Assembly: GCA_024704765.1 (NCBI GenBank)
Contig: JAKMXF010000333.1
Location: 237,266-301,265 of the forward strand
Source of the DNA: Oopsacas minuta
Lineage: Eukaryota; Animalia; Porifera
Direction: 5' to 3'
DNA: 64,000 nt
In this document: piece after piece, positions 15,001 through 30,000 of the stretch
Layout of the letters: each line of letters opens with the position of its first letter
Numbering within the stretch: the first letter of the stretch is position 1
Made by a program: the position numbers and the translations under genes
The notes under the pieces: generated by a model
Database searches by the model: none
What the model was told of the DNA's origin: nothing
The model's input: the letters and a program-made list of their open reading frames with translations, nothing else

Positions 15001-18000
15001 TACTAATATCGGCACTAGCAGAGCAAACTCTTTTATCCAATTTGAGGCCTCTGTATTCAGGGATACTAATGGAAATAATGCTACTGTTTCTACTGGTATA
15101 CTACAAGTTGTAACCTTTACACAAGATCTTATCCCTCCTAATTTTGAGAGTTTTACACTTGATATGAACTTGGGTACGATGCTTTTACGATTTGATGATG
15201 TTGTAGACACTACAACGCTCAACGCAGATGAGATAACTATCCACAGTTTTGACTTTGTTAGTTCTACTGAGCAATTCTACAAACTCACTCGTGGATCTAC
15301 TATTAGCAATAACGGATTCGATGTATTAATAAATATTGATGCTAATGACTTAGATGAGTTGAAAATGAGAAATCAACTGGCAATATCTATTAATTCTACA
15401 TTTATAACATTAACAGCTAATGCTATCACTGATACCGGAGGTTTTGGCATCCGAGCAGTAAACGTTCCTGTTCAAGTCGAATCCTTCATTGAGGACTCTA
15501 CTAGACCTTATTTGATAGCTTTTGCATTTGATGGCAATACTGGGGCTCTAACACTATATTTTTCTGAAGCGATGTATATTACTTCACTGAACCCGACTGC
15601 TATAACACTCCTTAACCACATGAATGTTACTCTTGCAAGTCAGGTTTACACTTTAACTGGTGGAATGGCAATCCCTAATGTCACTGCAGTTCAAATCAAT
15701 CTATATCTAAATTTATTCGATTTGCATAACATGTTTGAACTTGGAGACCTGGCTACCAATGCTGGAGATACCTATATTTCATTTCCACAAAACTTGATTA
15801 CCGACATGAACCAGAATTTCATTTTTGGCGTAAATCTATCCAATTCCATGAATTCATCGGGACATACTACTGATATTATGCCCCCTCACCTATTGAATTT
15901 TCAACTTGATTTGAATTATGGTATACTCTTCCTGACTTATAATGAGCCTGTAAATATAACAACAACGATTCCTGATAGATTTACCCTACAAAGTCAAAGG
16001 ACACTTACTTCGGGTGTATCATATTCGCTCACTGGAGGTTTCTCTGAAATATTTGATACAAACATCTTACCTAACACCGGTGTTGTTGATTCTGACGCTA
16101 TAATTCAATTCCATATGTCTGATTATGATTTGAACGAAGTAAAGAAATTGATCAAACTAGCTACTCAGCCAGACAACACTTACCTGATCCTTGAGCTTGG
16201 TTCCATTTTAGATACATCAGGTAATCCAGCTCAAGAAGTGCTAAATGGCTCTGCTTTCAAAACTACTTCTTTTATAGAAGATCGAATTTCTCCTCAACTC
16301 CTCAATTTCTCAATTGATCTTGACCTGGATCTCGTTTCTTTGACTTTTTCAGAAACTGTCAATGTTCAAACTCTAAATTTCTCTTCTCTGACTTTCTTTG
16401 GAAATGCTACAACACTGCAACCCAGTTATACCTTGACAAATGGAAACATTATCACCTCTAATAATGATTTTGTCCTCTCTTTCAATTTCATTAGAGATGA
16501 TATCAATACAATTAAGTTAGATCGTGATCTGTTAACGAATTCTCTGAATACTTTATTGTTAATCACAGCCTACACTATCAGAGATATGAATAATAACACT
16601 GTTATTCCCTTTAATATTTCAAATATTCTCCTAGTAAGTACTTTCCGACAAGATCAAACTTCTCCTAGTCTAGAAAATTACATTTTTGATCTCAATCAAG
16701 GTCTAATTCGTATACTTTTTAGTGAGACTGTTGACACAGAGTCTTTTGAACTAGCGTCTATAATCCTTTCCAATATGCCGAATTCTATTGGTCGATCACT
16801 CGCTCTTTCTGGAGGAAATTTCTCCGAGAATAGTCCTATTGTCAATATTTATCTGACTTTTGACGACGTTAATACGCTTAAGAGACATCTGGACTTGGTT
16901 TCTGATGAGAATTCAACCTATTTATCATTCTCCTCTTTACTCATAATGGACATGAACACTAATCCTGTTGAAGCCATTGATATTTCATCTGCAAAACAGC
17001 CTTTACTTTTTATTCCAGACACTACCAAGCCAGAATTAATTGAATTTAGTCTGGACATGACTGGTTCTATGCGTGAACTTCCATTGCGTCTTTTACTAAC
17101 ATTTTCAGAAACAATCAATTCTACTTCATTCAATCCATTGTCTTTCTCCTTTATTGATAACCCTACTTCCCCAACTCAAATCTCCTCTCTTACCAATGGT
17201 ACAATAATTTCTGTCAGTGATACTGAGTTAGAAATTATCATCCAGAATTCTGACCTTGATCAGATTAAGATGCAGCCACCTCTTTTACTTTTCGCCAACA
17301 CTTCATATTTGTCAATAGTAGAAGGAGGTTTTTATGACAATAGTGGTAATCCTCTGAAAGTTATTCCTTTGAATGATTCTCTTCTTATTACTTCATACCA
17401 AGCTGATCTTTCAACGCCAATACTTTCGAGTTTTGTCCTTGATATGGACACTTCTACTTTAACTCTCACTTGGAGTGAAGTTGTGGTACTCGATACCATT
17501 GATATAACAGGGATCACAATTCAATCCATGCAAAATTTGATTTTATCTAATGGTCACTATTACTCTCTCACCAACGCCAGCTCTTACTATGGACTATTAG
17601 ACAACATATTACACGTCATAATATCTAAATTTGATGAAGATATAATTAAAGCTGATGTGGAACTTGCGAATTCCATTAGTAGTACTTATATATCATTAAC
17701 TCGTGGCGTTATTTTTGATCCAGCCAATAACCCTTCGCAACAAATTGACTCTACGAATGGACTAATTGCTAGTGAATATGAAATTGAACAAATTCGTCCA
17801 ACTCTCATAGCTTGGGACATCCTTTATACTACCAAGATTGTTACTCTCCAATTTTCTGAGACTGTCAATGTCACTTCTTTCATGCCAAATGAGATATCAT
17901 TTCAAAATCGAAGGAACAATCCTTCTCAGGTTTATCAATTAACCGGAGGAGACACTAATTCGAATTTCGGAACTTTGATAGAACTTATATTAACTGACTT

Positions 18001-21000
18001 TGATCTTAACGGTATTAAGGCACTCGAAGATCTGTTAACCAGCGTAAATACCTCTTTTATTATTGTTACAGATGATGTAATCTATGATATGAGTGCTAAT
18101 CCTATAAGACCCATAACAACGGGATCTGCTTTGCAAGTCAGAAATTTTAATAGAGATATTATTAGGCCATTCCTTGTTAGTTCATCTCTTAACCTTACTA
18201 GTCGTTATCTGATTCTTTCATTTGACGAGACTGTAAACCAATCGACACTGCTTCTCAATGACATTGTATTATCTTCTTTTGATGGCATTGAATATTTTGG
18301 TTATTCCATAATATCTTCCAGATGGGACAATCTCTTTTCTCCAACGCTTTCCATAATATTATCTGACTCAGATTTCAATAATATTTCTCTAAATCGTATT
18401 TGTCTCACTGATAATTGTTATATTTCGTTACTCAACGGGACAGTATTGGATATGAGTAACCTAGCTTCAAGGGCAGTCACAAACCGTCGGATCACTAACT
18501 TCTATCCAGATTTTGCTTCACCATCTGTCGTTGTATTTTCTCAGTACGATAGTTCAATTGGTATAATTAGTATTACCTTTGATGAAACAATAGATATTTC
18601 CAGTGTTAGATTAGACCAACTTACTTTAGTTTCATTATTCAAGGATGCAGAGGAATATTACACACTAACGAATGCCAGTTATGTAAATACTACAAACTCT
18701 CTTTTAGTCGACATATTCCTTAGCAGACAGGACTTTTTGGAGATTCAGACTCGCAACTTGTTGTGCTATTCCCAAGCCTCTTGTTATATACTCTTTTCAT
18801 CTTCTTTTGTGAAAGACATCCATGGCAACGAAGTTCTACCTCAGATTGATGGGCAATGGCCTGGGCTAATTGCAAAGAGTTTTATCTCTGATTCTATCCG
18901 TCCACGTCTCATTTTTTATTCTCTGAACATGAATACAGGTGTTTTCTATTTTCAATTCAATGAACCGATCGAGGTATCACGCGCTCAGCCTCAATTTATT
19001 TCAGTACATCCTTCTAATACCTCCTCAGTAAGCTATCTACTCACTGGAGGTTATTTAAATCAGTTGAACAGTGATTTCATCGTTCTCAACTTAACCATAG
19101 ATGACATTCTTTATCTTAAGTCGACAAATTTTGTCAAGTCGAAGAATGACACTTACATCAGTTTCACCTCGAACGCATTCACTGATGCTTCAAAAGGTCT
19201 GAATCCTGTTATTCCAGTTTCTGTCCCTCTACCACCTTTTGAATATATTAGTGATACCAAATCACCAACTGTCAAATCATTTTCTCTTGACTTGAATTCG
19301 GATCGCCTCATTGTGACATTTGATGAACCAATTCTTATATCTTCCCTGAATTTATCTTTCTTTACATTTTATCTTTCAATGAACAACCAATCTATGTCAT
19401 TAGATAGAAGCATTATTATCTCCTACATCCTCCCCGGTTCTATAACTGCCACTATTCAATTATCTCAGAACGAATTAATTTTTCTAAAGACTTCTGAAAC
19501 AATTTCATTGTATCCTGGCTCCTACCTTACTATTTCTCCTTTTTCATTTACTGATACATCAAATAACAAATTTCAAGGGTTGACTTCTAGACTTAACATA
19601 TTTGATCTCATATTAGACACTACTGCTTCAATCCTTGTGACTTTCAGCATAGATATGGACTTTGGTCTTATCAGCTTGACCTTCGATGATGTTATTGATC
19701 CCTCTACATTTGATCCAAATGCGCTTGTCTTGCAAGATGATTTAAGATCGTCTAATCGTGTTGGGTTGAGCAGTTCTAGCAGTACAATCAGCGATGATGG
19801 TTATATTATTGATGTTTTAATATCAAATTTGGATCTTATACTACTGAAAGAAACAAATAATCTAGTCACAAATGTCAATACAAGTTTTATCACATATGCA
19901 GCATTCTTGTTAGACGATACATATGGTGTTGATGTAATCGCAATCACTAATGGTAAATCTATTAAAGCTAGCAATTTCACGCCCGACACCACTCGGCCTG
20001 TTTTTATAGGGTTTGAATTAGATCTTAACTCTGGAAGGATAGTCTTAAATTTCTCCGAACCTGTTAACGCAAGTACATTGATTTCTACGAACATTATTTT
20101 GCTGCCATTTGAATCATCGACAAATCGAAATTTATCTATTACTGGTGGTTACTCTATTCGTTCTATAGATGGACGCTCACTCTCTCTTTATATACCGCAG
20201 AATGATCTAGACTATATTAAACTAGATTTATCTTTCGGTACTGATCCAAATAACACTTATATTATATTTCCAGATTCTACTGTGCTAGATTTGGTAGGGA
20301 ACGCAGTAATTGGAACAAGTAATACCAGGGGGTATATTGCTGACAGAGTTACTGAGGATAGAGTTCTACCAGAATTGATCAGTTTCAGTTTAGACATGAA
20401 CTTCGGACTTCTGAATCTGACTTTTAATGAAGTCGTTAGTGGACCCACTGCGAACCCAAACACCATTACACTACACTCACAATCTAATGGTAGTGATAGT
20501 AATAGTCACAAACTATTTGAGAGCAGAGCTTCAACTTATAATAGCACAATTCTATCAGTTTCTATCTCAGACAATGACCTTAATTCTATCAAACTTGTTA
20601 GAGAGTTAGCCCATGGAAGATCTACTACTTTCATGTCTTTTTCTGAAGACATTGTGTGTGATATGAATGGTAATAAGGCTAGACCTATTGTTTCCTTTAC
20701 TAGCATGATTGTATCCCAGTTTACATCCGATAATACTTTACCACGTCTTATTGCCTTCAGCTTTGATAGGAACATTGGAAATCTTTCACTTACCTTTAGT
20801 GAAGTAGTGGACATCGACACTTTTGATGTGACTTCTTTAACTGCAGTTGATAATACCACCCTTTACTCTCTGCGCCAGCATACCTTTGTTTCTGCTTTTA
20901 TTTCTTTGGTCAGTTACTATCCTGTGTACAATTTGCTTTTAAGCAACGAAGATCAAAATAGTATAAAGAGGCTTAATAACTTTTGGTCTAACGAAAATAC

Positions 21001-24000
21001 TACTTATCTAATCGCAGAAAGTTCTACAGTTAGTGATGTATTCTCTAATCAGTTAGTGTCTATCCAAGATGGGGGTGCTTTAGCTGCTTATCTTGTGCGA
21101 CCTGATAATACTCCTCCAGAGATGGAGAATTTTGAATTAGATATGGATAAAGGCATTCTGACACTTTCTTTTAATGAAGTTATCAGTGCTCTTTCATTAA
21201 TTGCATCACGTATAACACTTCAAGATGGAATTCCGACACGATTCCACAATTACACGCTCACAAATAGTCGAATTGAATCCTCTATAAACAATGAAATTGT
21301 CAACATAAGAATTTCTCGTACAGACCTTGACGGTATTAAAGTTTTATCTAATCTTGCTAATTCAAGATTCACTACGTATATTAGCCTCCAAACTGGTCTA
21401 GTTGGGGACACAAGTTCTAATCAGTTCACTGGTCTACTCATCCCGATAGTAACTTCTAATTTTACTGCAGACACCACACGACCCTCCTTGAATTCTTTTA
21501 ACTTATCACTCACTTCTGAGAGTCTCTCTTTGAGTTTTTCTGAGGCTATAAATAGAAATTCACTTGATGTGAAACAACTCACTATCCAAAGCTCCGCCAG
21601 TTCAGACGCTATCTCTTTCGCTCTTTCTTTGTTTTCCTTTTCAGAAAGCAACAATGACAGTGTAATTGTAATTAACATTGGAATTGGAGACCTAAATATT
21701 ATTAAAGATGAGATATATTTAGCTATCGATAACCTTACAACTTACTTATCCATTACTGAATTATTGGTTACAGATATGGCTGAAAATAGAGTTAATGTGA
21801 TAGTAGAAACTTCAGCTCTACAAGTTTCTTACTTTGAAGAGGATACAATCTCCCCACAACTAACCTCTTTTTCATTGAATATCAATTCAAACGTCATGAA
21901 ATTGTATTTTTCAGAAACAATGCATCCATACAATTTTAATGTGACTGGAATTATATTACAAAATTCTGATCAAGTTCCAGAACAGGAAGTAATGCTTGGA
22001 AATACTTCTAACTTTTACAGAATCATACCCACAGGCTTTAATATATTACTTTCTGAAGAAGATATGAATCTAATCAAATTTAATAGAGAACTGGCTACAA
22101 CACTTAATAACACCTACCTGTCGATTTCTCAATTTACTACATCTGATAGAAATTTGAATCCTGTTGTTATTCTCCCCCAATCCAATGCTCTCAGAGCTGT
22201 TAATCTAACTACTGATACTATTCCTCCTATTCTTAGGGGGTTTCACGTGGATATGAACCAATCATTGATATCATTCACTTTCTCAGAAACAATGAATGTA
22301 TCTAGCATCAATTTGAATGCAACTACACTTAGTCAATCATTAGCTACATCTAGTTTACAGCTAACTGGTGGCATAAGCTTGACAGATGACTCGCCTATTA
22401 TTGTTATTAACTTTTTGAAAAGTGATCTTGATGAGTTGACTCGCATTAATATTTGTATTGATATATCAGAGTGTTATTTATCTTTCACTGAGAGTTTTAT
22501 TTCTGATATGGCTGGTAATATGATAGTACCAATTACAATCGAAAATCAGTTGGCGACAGACTCTTTCATCAAGGATGAAATTCACGCACAGTTGGATGAA
22601 TTTGTCTCCCTAGATTTCAATACCGGACTTATAGTACTTCTCTTTTCTGAAACTATTAATTCTACTACAGTTAATGTAACTGCTCTCTCTCTGAATGACC
22701 TGGCTACCAGCCCAACGAACCGTATTTACCTTACTGGTGGGGCAGTTTTATCAAACGATAGTACTACATTGCGTATTCAACTAAGTAATGAGGATCAAAA
22801 TAGACTGAAGGCTTTATATCCTTCCAGACTCTGTAGCGTTTCACAGAATTGTTTCATCAGGTTGCAAACTAATTTTGTAATGGATATGTTTGGAAATCCT
22901 CTTATTTCTGTTGAAGATACTCCTTTCATTGACTCTAAACATATACCTTTCATGTTGATTAGCGACCAAACATCCCCTGATCTTGTTACATTTGACTTAG
23001 ACTTAGATAATCATATTGTCATACTCTATTTTACTGAGCCAATTGATTATAATACCTTTTCAGCTGTTTCTATAACATTTACGAATGCTCTGAACTCCTC
23101 TGCTACTCATCTTCTTATTGGAAATAATATTCGCCTAACAAACTCATACGAGCTTATTATACAGTTCTCCCTGGATATATTGAATGTTGAATCCTTACAG
23201 GCTAATGAAGCTCTTGCTACAAACAATTTAACAACATATATCGCTTTCACAAGTTCTCTTGTTCAAGATGTTTATGGAAATTTAATCAGACCACGGGTAG
23301 ATAGAATTAATTCAACTCGTGTTTCTAAATATACAAGAGATAGATCTAGACCAACATTGCTCACTTTTATTCAATTTGACTTAAATACAGCCTCGTTGAC
23401 ACTATCTTTCTCTGAGCCCATCAATGTATACTCTATTAACTTTACAGCTCTTACCCTCACAAATGGCAGTTCAGGAGGAAGTTCATTGACTCTTGTGGGA
23501 GGAATTGGCCACTACTTTGATGAAGCAAGACAATCGATTACCTTTACTTTAACACCTGAAGACTTACGCAATATTAAACTAAACGACAATCTGGCAACGA
23601 ATGCTATGAATACATTCATCATTATTACAGAAATGTTTATAACTGATATGGCTGGTAATAGAATACTTGAGTTGAGCTCTCCAATAATGACAGAAGAATA
23701 TTTAACTGATATCACCTCACCAAACTTGATCAGCTTTGACTTTGATTTGAATTTTGGCCTCTTAATTCTAACTTTTGATGATGTGTTACGATTAGGTACA
23801 TTAGATGCGCAGTATTTAGAGCTTCAAAACATGCGCTCTAATCCATCACAGAGTCAGCTACTTAGTACTTCTTCAATGTCTTCTAGTCCTAATGGTTACA
23901 TCGTAAACATTACACTTTCATTCAGAGATATTAATTCTGTTAAAATGCTAGACAACCTTGCCACCTCCAAGCTCAACACGTATTTAGCTATGAGATCTGA

Positions 24001-27000
24001 AACTATATCTGATTCTGCTGGTGTACCAGTTACCGGTATTGTAATTAACGATGCTCAATTGGTTGCAAATTACACTTCTGACCTTACTAGGCCCCAATTA
24101 GGAAACTTCTCTCTTGATATTAATAGTGGAGTACTAATCCTATCTTTCACGGAACCAATTAATGTTAGGAGCTTTGATTTCACTAAAATTACTTTACAAG
24201 ATGATGCAAACATTGTTGATAGTGAAGAATTTATTATGCTCAATGGTGGTTACCCAATTCCCATTGACACTGGAGTGATAATAACTATCGAACTAACATT
24301 TTCGGATTTGAATTCTCTAAAAGAAATGACTCTTTTAAGTACTAGATTGAACAACACATTTATCTCATTTACAGCTGACACAGTGGAAGATATGGCTAAC
24401 TTGAAGATTATTCCTATATCTAACTCCTCTGCTCAACCTGCATACTCTTTCAATACCGATATTATACCTCCTATGCTTGTAAATTATTGTTTGAGTTTAA
24501 ATAGTGGCGTATTACTTATGACATTTTCAGAAACTGTCAACGCTAACTCCCTAGATATGAGTAAGATTATCTTTCAGAATCAACTTCTCCCTACATCTAT
24601 ATACAGATTAACAGGTGGTGATGTATCCACGGATAATAGTACTTATATAACTATCAATCTTTCGACACCAGATCTTAACCAGATAAAGGTCAGGTCTGAC
24701 CTTGCCATATCAACATCAACTACCTTACTTGGTTTTGACCAAGGAATGATATATGATATGAACGACAACCCTATTTCATCTATTGGGGAAGGAGATGCCT
24801 TTAGGGTAAATGCCACTTGTTATGAAGAAGATACTACCGCACCTATATTGATATGTATTGATATCGACATTAGTATCAATGTCTTAACTCTATACTTTGA
24901 TGAAACAGTAAATGTTAGTTCTTTGGAAATTACTGAACTTTCAATTGGAAACCACGAACTAGTTAGCACTGAAACGTATAGATTGAAAGGTGGTAGTATT
25001 CGTAACGATGACAACACAACTGTAATAATCGATTTAGATTTCCCAGACTTCACAAGTATTCAGCAACTTACTAATTTAGCTACAAACAAAGGAAATACAT
25101 TCGTTTTCTTCTCAGAACAGTTAATTCGTGATATGAATTACAATTTAATTTCTCCAGTTTACTCGACATCTGCATTCCCTATTTGTCAACTCTTCAACGA
25201 CACCTCAAACCCTTACTTACTCAATGCTACTTTCGATTTCAATGAGGGTATACTAACATTATCATTTAGTGAAAGTGTCAATGTATCTAGTATACAAGTT
25301 ACGCAATTATATCTACACAGTAGCCAATCCATGCAACCTGAGTACAATGTACTATCTGCTAGCGTTCCTTTGCTAAATGGGCCTGTTGTCAACATCACTC
25401 TCTCGAATGAGGACCTGAACAATTTTAAACAACTCCCTGTGCTATTTGTACCCGACTATTTCTTCCTCAACATTACACCACAGTTGTTATCCGATATGGC
25501 AGGTAATCAAGTTCAATCTTTCGCATATCCTAGAATCTGTAATATTATCGTTCCAGATACTACTGCACCTCAGCTCATATCCTTTAGGCTGGATATGATT
25601 GACACGTTACCTCCTCTACTTTTGGTACTTACGTTCACCGAGACAATTAATGTAAATTCTATTGACGTTACTCAATTCTCTCTTAGAGTAAATAATGTGA
25701 CTTCAGGCTTATTAAATACTTACAATATAACTAATGCAACTATATCCTCTTTGAATTCAACTGATATAACACTATCCATTTCAAACTTTGATTTAGAGAA
25801 TATTCGAGATCAACCACCTCTTGGTCATACTGTTCTTGATTCGTTCCTCTCAGCTTCTTCTTCTTCAGCAAGTGATATGTCAAATAATGAAGTTACATCA
25901 ATTGATAATCCTCCACTAGCTCCGTATTTAAATCTGGCTGACAATATTGAACCACAATTACTTTCATTTCTACTCGACCTTGATAATGCATTGATAGTTT
26001 TGACATTCTCAGAACCAGTTCTATCTTCCACATTTAATCCAACCTATATAACATTCCGTAGTGGGCCTACTTTGGAACGTACCACTCAGTATTTTACCAT
26101 ATCCCCTACTCATTTCACACTTATTGGGACTAATATTATCCAAGTAATATTACCCGTGTCTGACCAAAATGATATTAAACGTAATCACTTGTTAGCTAAT
26201 AGTGTAAACTCTACTTTCATTTCTTTACAATCTGCTGTCGTTAAGGATATTGCTGGCAATGATGCGTTACCAATTTCTCCCAACAATACGCTAATTGTAG
26301 AAGAATTTATCCCAGATAGGACTAGACCTCTGCTAACAGCCTTCAATTTCAATTTTCAGACCTGTTTGATAACTCTTTTCTTCAATGAGGTTATTAATTC
26401 TAGTGCAACTGTTCCAACATTTATCTCATTTGTTAATGTACGTAGCATTGTACCTTCTGAAGTTTACCAGCTTACTGGTGGCTCGTACCCTAATATTTTT
26501 GCAACTTCTTTCGATATCTTAATTACACATTCAGATAAGAATAATATTAAGAAACTAGAAAATCTAGCTACTAATGAAGATGACTTTTACCTTACTTACA
26601 CTGATGATTTAGCTTATGACATGAATTCAAATCGATTGATACCGCGTAGTTCGAGGAACGCTCTCAAAGTTACAAATTTCACTTTTGATCTTATTAAACC
26701 AGTTTTGCTATACTTTACTTTAGACATGGATTTAGGAACACTCGGTCTTTCATTCAATGAGACTGTCAATGTGAATTCTCTTGAAGTAGACATGATTACT
26801 CTGCTCGATTCTAAATTTGACGCGGCTATCCAATCTCACACACTCTCTGATAGCTCAGTGCAAACAATTGATTCAGATTTTGTGAATATCTATCTTAGTG
26901 ATTTTGATTTGAATGAGATAAAACGTAAGCAATTCTGTAGACAATACAATGATTGTTACCTTACATTCTCTGAAGATACTGTTCGGGATCAATTTTCTCT

Positions 27001-30000
27001 TAGTATTGAAGGTATCAGGGAACTTAATAATTCCATTCAAGTGTTTTTTTACACATCTGATACCTCTAGACCTATGCTGTATGAATTCACAAGTTTTGAT
27101 CTTATGGATGGACAATTGACGCTCTCATTTTTTGAAACTGTAAATGTATCTTCTGTAAATTTCCAAGCCATCACCTTACAAGATTTTTCAGAGCCACCCA
27201 TCCAGGTATCTTATACTCTGACTGGTGGATTTACCAATGGTTCTTCGGATACAAAATTCACAATTTACCTGAATGATCAAGATATTATTGCGATAAAATC
27301 TTTGGCTGAGCTTTGTACTCTACGTTCAAACTGTTATGTAACTCTAACCGACAAATTAGTGAACGATATGGTAGGTCTACCTCTCTTACCTGTTGTCAAT
27401 TCGACTAATGGATTTGTAGCTCGATACTTTGGGCATGACTTGACGAAGCCTTTTGTCAAGAGCTTCTCGTTTGACATGGATACTGGCAAATTGTTTATTT
27501 CCTTCAATGAACCTATTGACCGACCAACAGTGAATATTACAGCTATTCGGTTGCAAGGAATTTCTAATATATCAAATTCTATAGAATTATATCACGAAAT
27601 TAGTGCTGAATATGTGCAATCGAACAGTGACTTTACGTTAATTTCCATTACTTTAACTGATGCCAATCTACGAACTCTGAAATCTCGATCCTTTGCAAAG
27701 TCATTTAATACCACCTATTTATCGATAGATAGTAATTCCTTCACTGACACAGCTTACGCACCCAATCAAGTTATACCTATTTCACCATTTAGGGGTCTAT
27801 CCCTCAGTAAAGCGAACTACACCTCCGATACAACTCCTCCTTATCTTGTTTGTTATACTTTAGATATGGATAGTGATCAGATCATACTAACCTTCAATGA
27901 ACCAATAAATATTTCTAGTTTAAATTGTACTTCTATAACTCTATTCAATGCTTCTCATGCAAACAGCACATCTCTGACACTAAGGTCATGTACTATCCTG
28001 CCTGGTACTTATATTTATGAAATTCAAGTCTCTCTCCAACTAAATGAAAAAGATATTGTGATTTTGAAATCTGATCTAAACTTTTTAACTAAGCAGAGTA
28101 ATTCTTACCTTTTGCTGGAGGCTAATGCAATTTTTGATGCTCAGTCAAACCCATCAATGTCAACAACATTTCAACAATCCTGTTTTTTCCAACCTGATAA
28201 CACAAGAGCTTCTCTCCTTTCTTTCTCGATTGATCTTAACGTTGGAATTCTTTACTTAACTTTCAGTGATGTAATATTGGCCAGTTCATTTGATCCCACT
28301 TCTCTAACTTTGCAGAGTTCCAAAACCAGCACTCCTGAATTTACTTTTACCTTAAGTGAAGCAAGTACATCTGAAAGTTCTAATGGGTATATAATACAGA
28401 TCGATATATCTCATTTCGATCTTCTAAATTTAAAGAGTACTCCAATATTGGCAAAGAGTCCATCTACCACATATTTAACCTTTAAGGCTACACTGTTGGA
28501 TGATACAATGTACGTAGATGTGGTACCGATCACTGATGGATCTGCTCTACTTGTATCTGAATACATCCCTGACGAAATTCCTCCGACTTTATTGTTATTT
28601 GATCTCGATCTCAATACTGCTATTTTATCTCTCAGTTTTTCTGATACTTTAAATACCAAATCCTTCAATCCTACCGGAATAACCCTTATCAGTCAATCTA
28701 ATATTCAATTTCATGATAGTACTTATCTGCGACTTACAGGGGGCAGTTTCGTCAGAACTAATAATGGAACAGTCATTTACCTTGAATTGACTGATATAGA
28801 TTTGAATACACTAAAACTTAACATCTATCTGGTTGTAAACAGGGCTACAAGTTATTTGTCTATAGACTTTGATTCTATCACTGATCTTCACAACAATAGT
28901 TTAATTGCTGTACTTAATATTTCAGCTCTTCAGGTTAGTAATTTCTTAGCTGATATTACCAATCCAGAGTTAGTAAGCTATATTTTGGACATGAACAAAG
29001 GAGAAATTTTGCTTACTTTTAATGAAGTAGTGAATGCTTCTTCTCTCAACCCATCAGAACTAACGTTCCAAAATCCTCAAACGGAGATATTTACCCTTTC
29101 AGGTGGATTTCTCAGTACTAATGACAGTACAGTACTAATGGTTCGATTAATTATTGCTGATGTGTATTCACTCAACCGCCTCCGTTCTCTTACAACATCT
29201 CTCAATAATACTTTCCTCTCGCTTACTAATTTAACTGTGATTGATATGAACTTTAATAATATCAACCCTATATATCAATCAAATCCATTACAAGCATCTA
29301 ATTTTACTGCAGATTTTAAATCTCCTTCTTTGCTCAGTTACACATTTGACCTGAATGTTGGTGTAATGATGCTTTATTTTTCAGAGGTAGTTGCTTCTGA
29401 GTTATTTGATCCCTCTCTATTACTTCTGCTCAATACCCCTATCATTTTTGTCTCTAATACTTCCAATCAGACAGCAGATTCTAACATAACACAACAATCG
29501 CCATCTCATCGTAATTTTTCCATAACTTCAGGTAATGTTACCTTGCGAGATGATCTATTAATTGAGTTTGAGTTATCTCTTAGTGATCTTAATGCTATTA
29601 AAGCAATTCCTGATCTTGCCACAAATACGGAGGACACTTACTTAGCTTTCAACAGTTCTTTAGTTTCGGACACTTTTTATAATGAAATACTACCTATCAA
29701 TATTACTAATCCTATTCAAGTTTTTAATTATACCTCTGACGTCACTAGACCTATATTAAATGCTTTTGACTTTGATCTTGATGCTGGAAGTGTTATCATC
29801 CACTTTTCTGAGACGGTTAATTCTTCAACTCTAATCATTCATGAAGTAGTATTACACGGTGGGCGGATGTTGGACTCCTTGAACTTTAGTTTGAACTCTA
29901 GTTCAGTAGTACAAGTCTATTCGCCAGATGTTACAATTCACTTATCCCAAGATGATATTGATAAGATCAAGTCTATTAATCTTCTAGCAGAAGATGAGAA

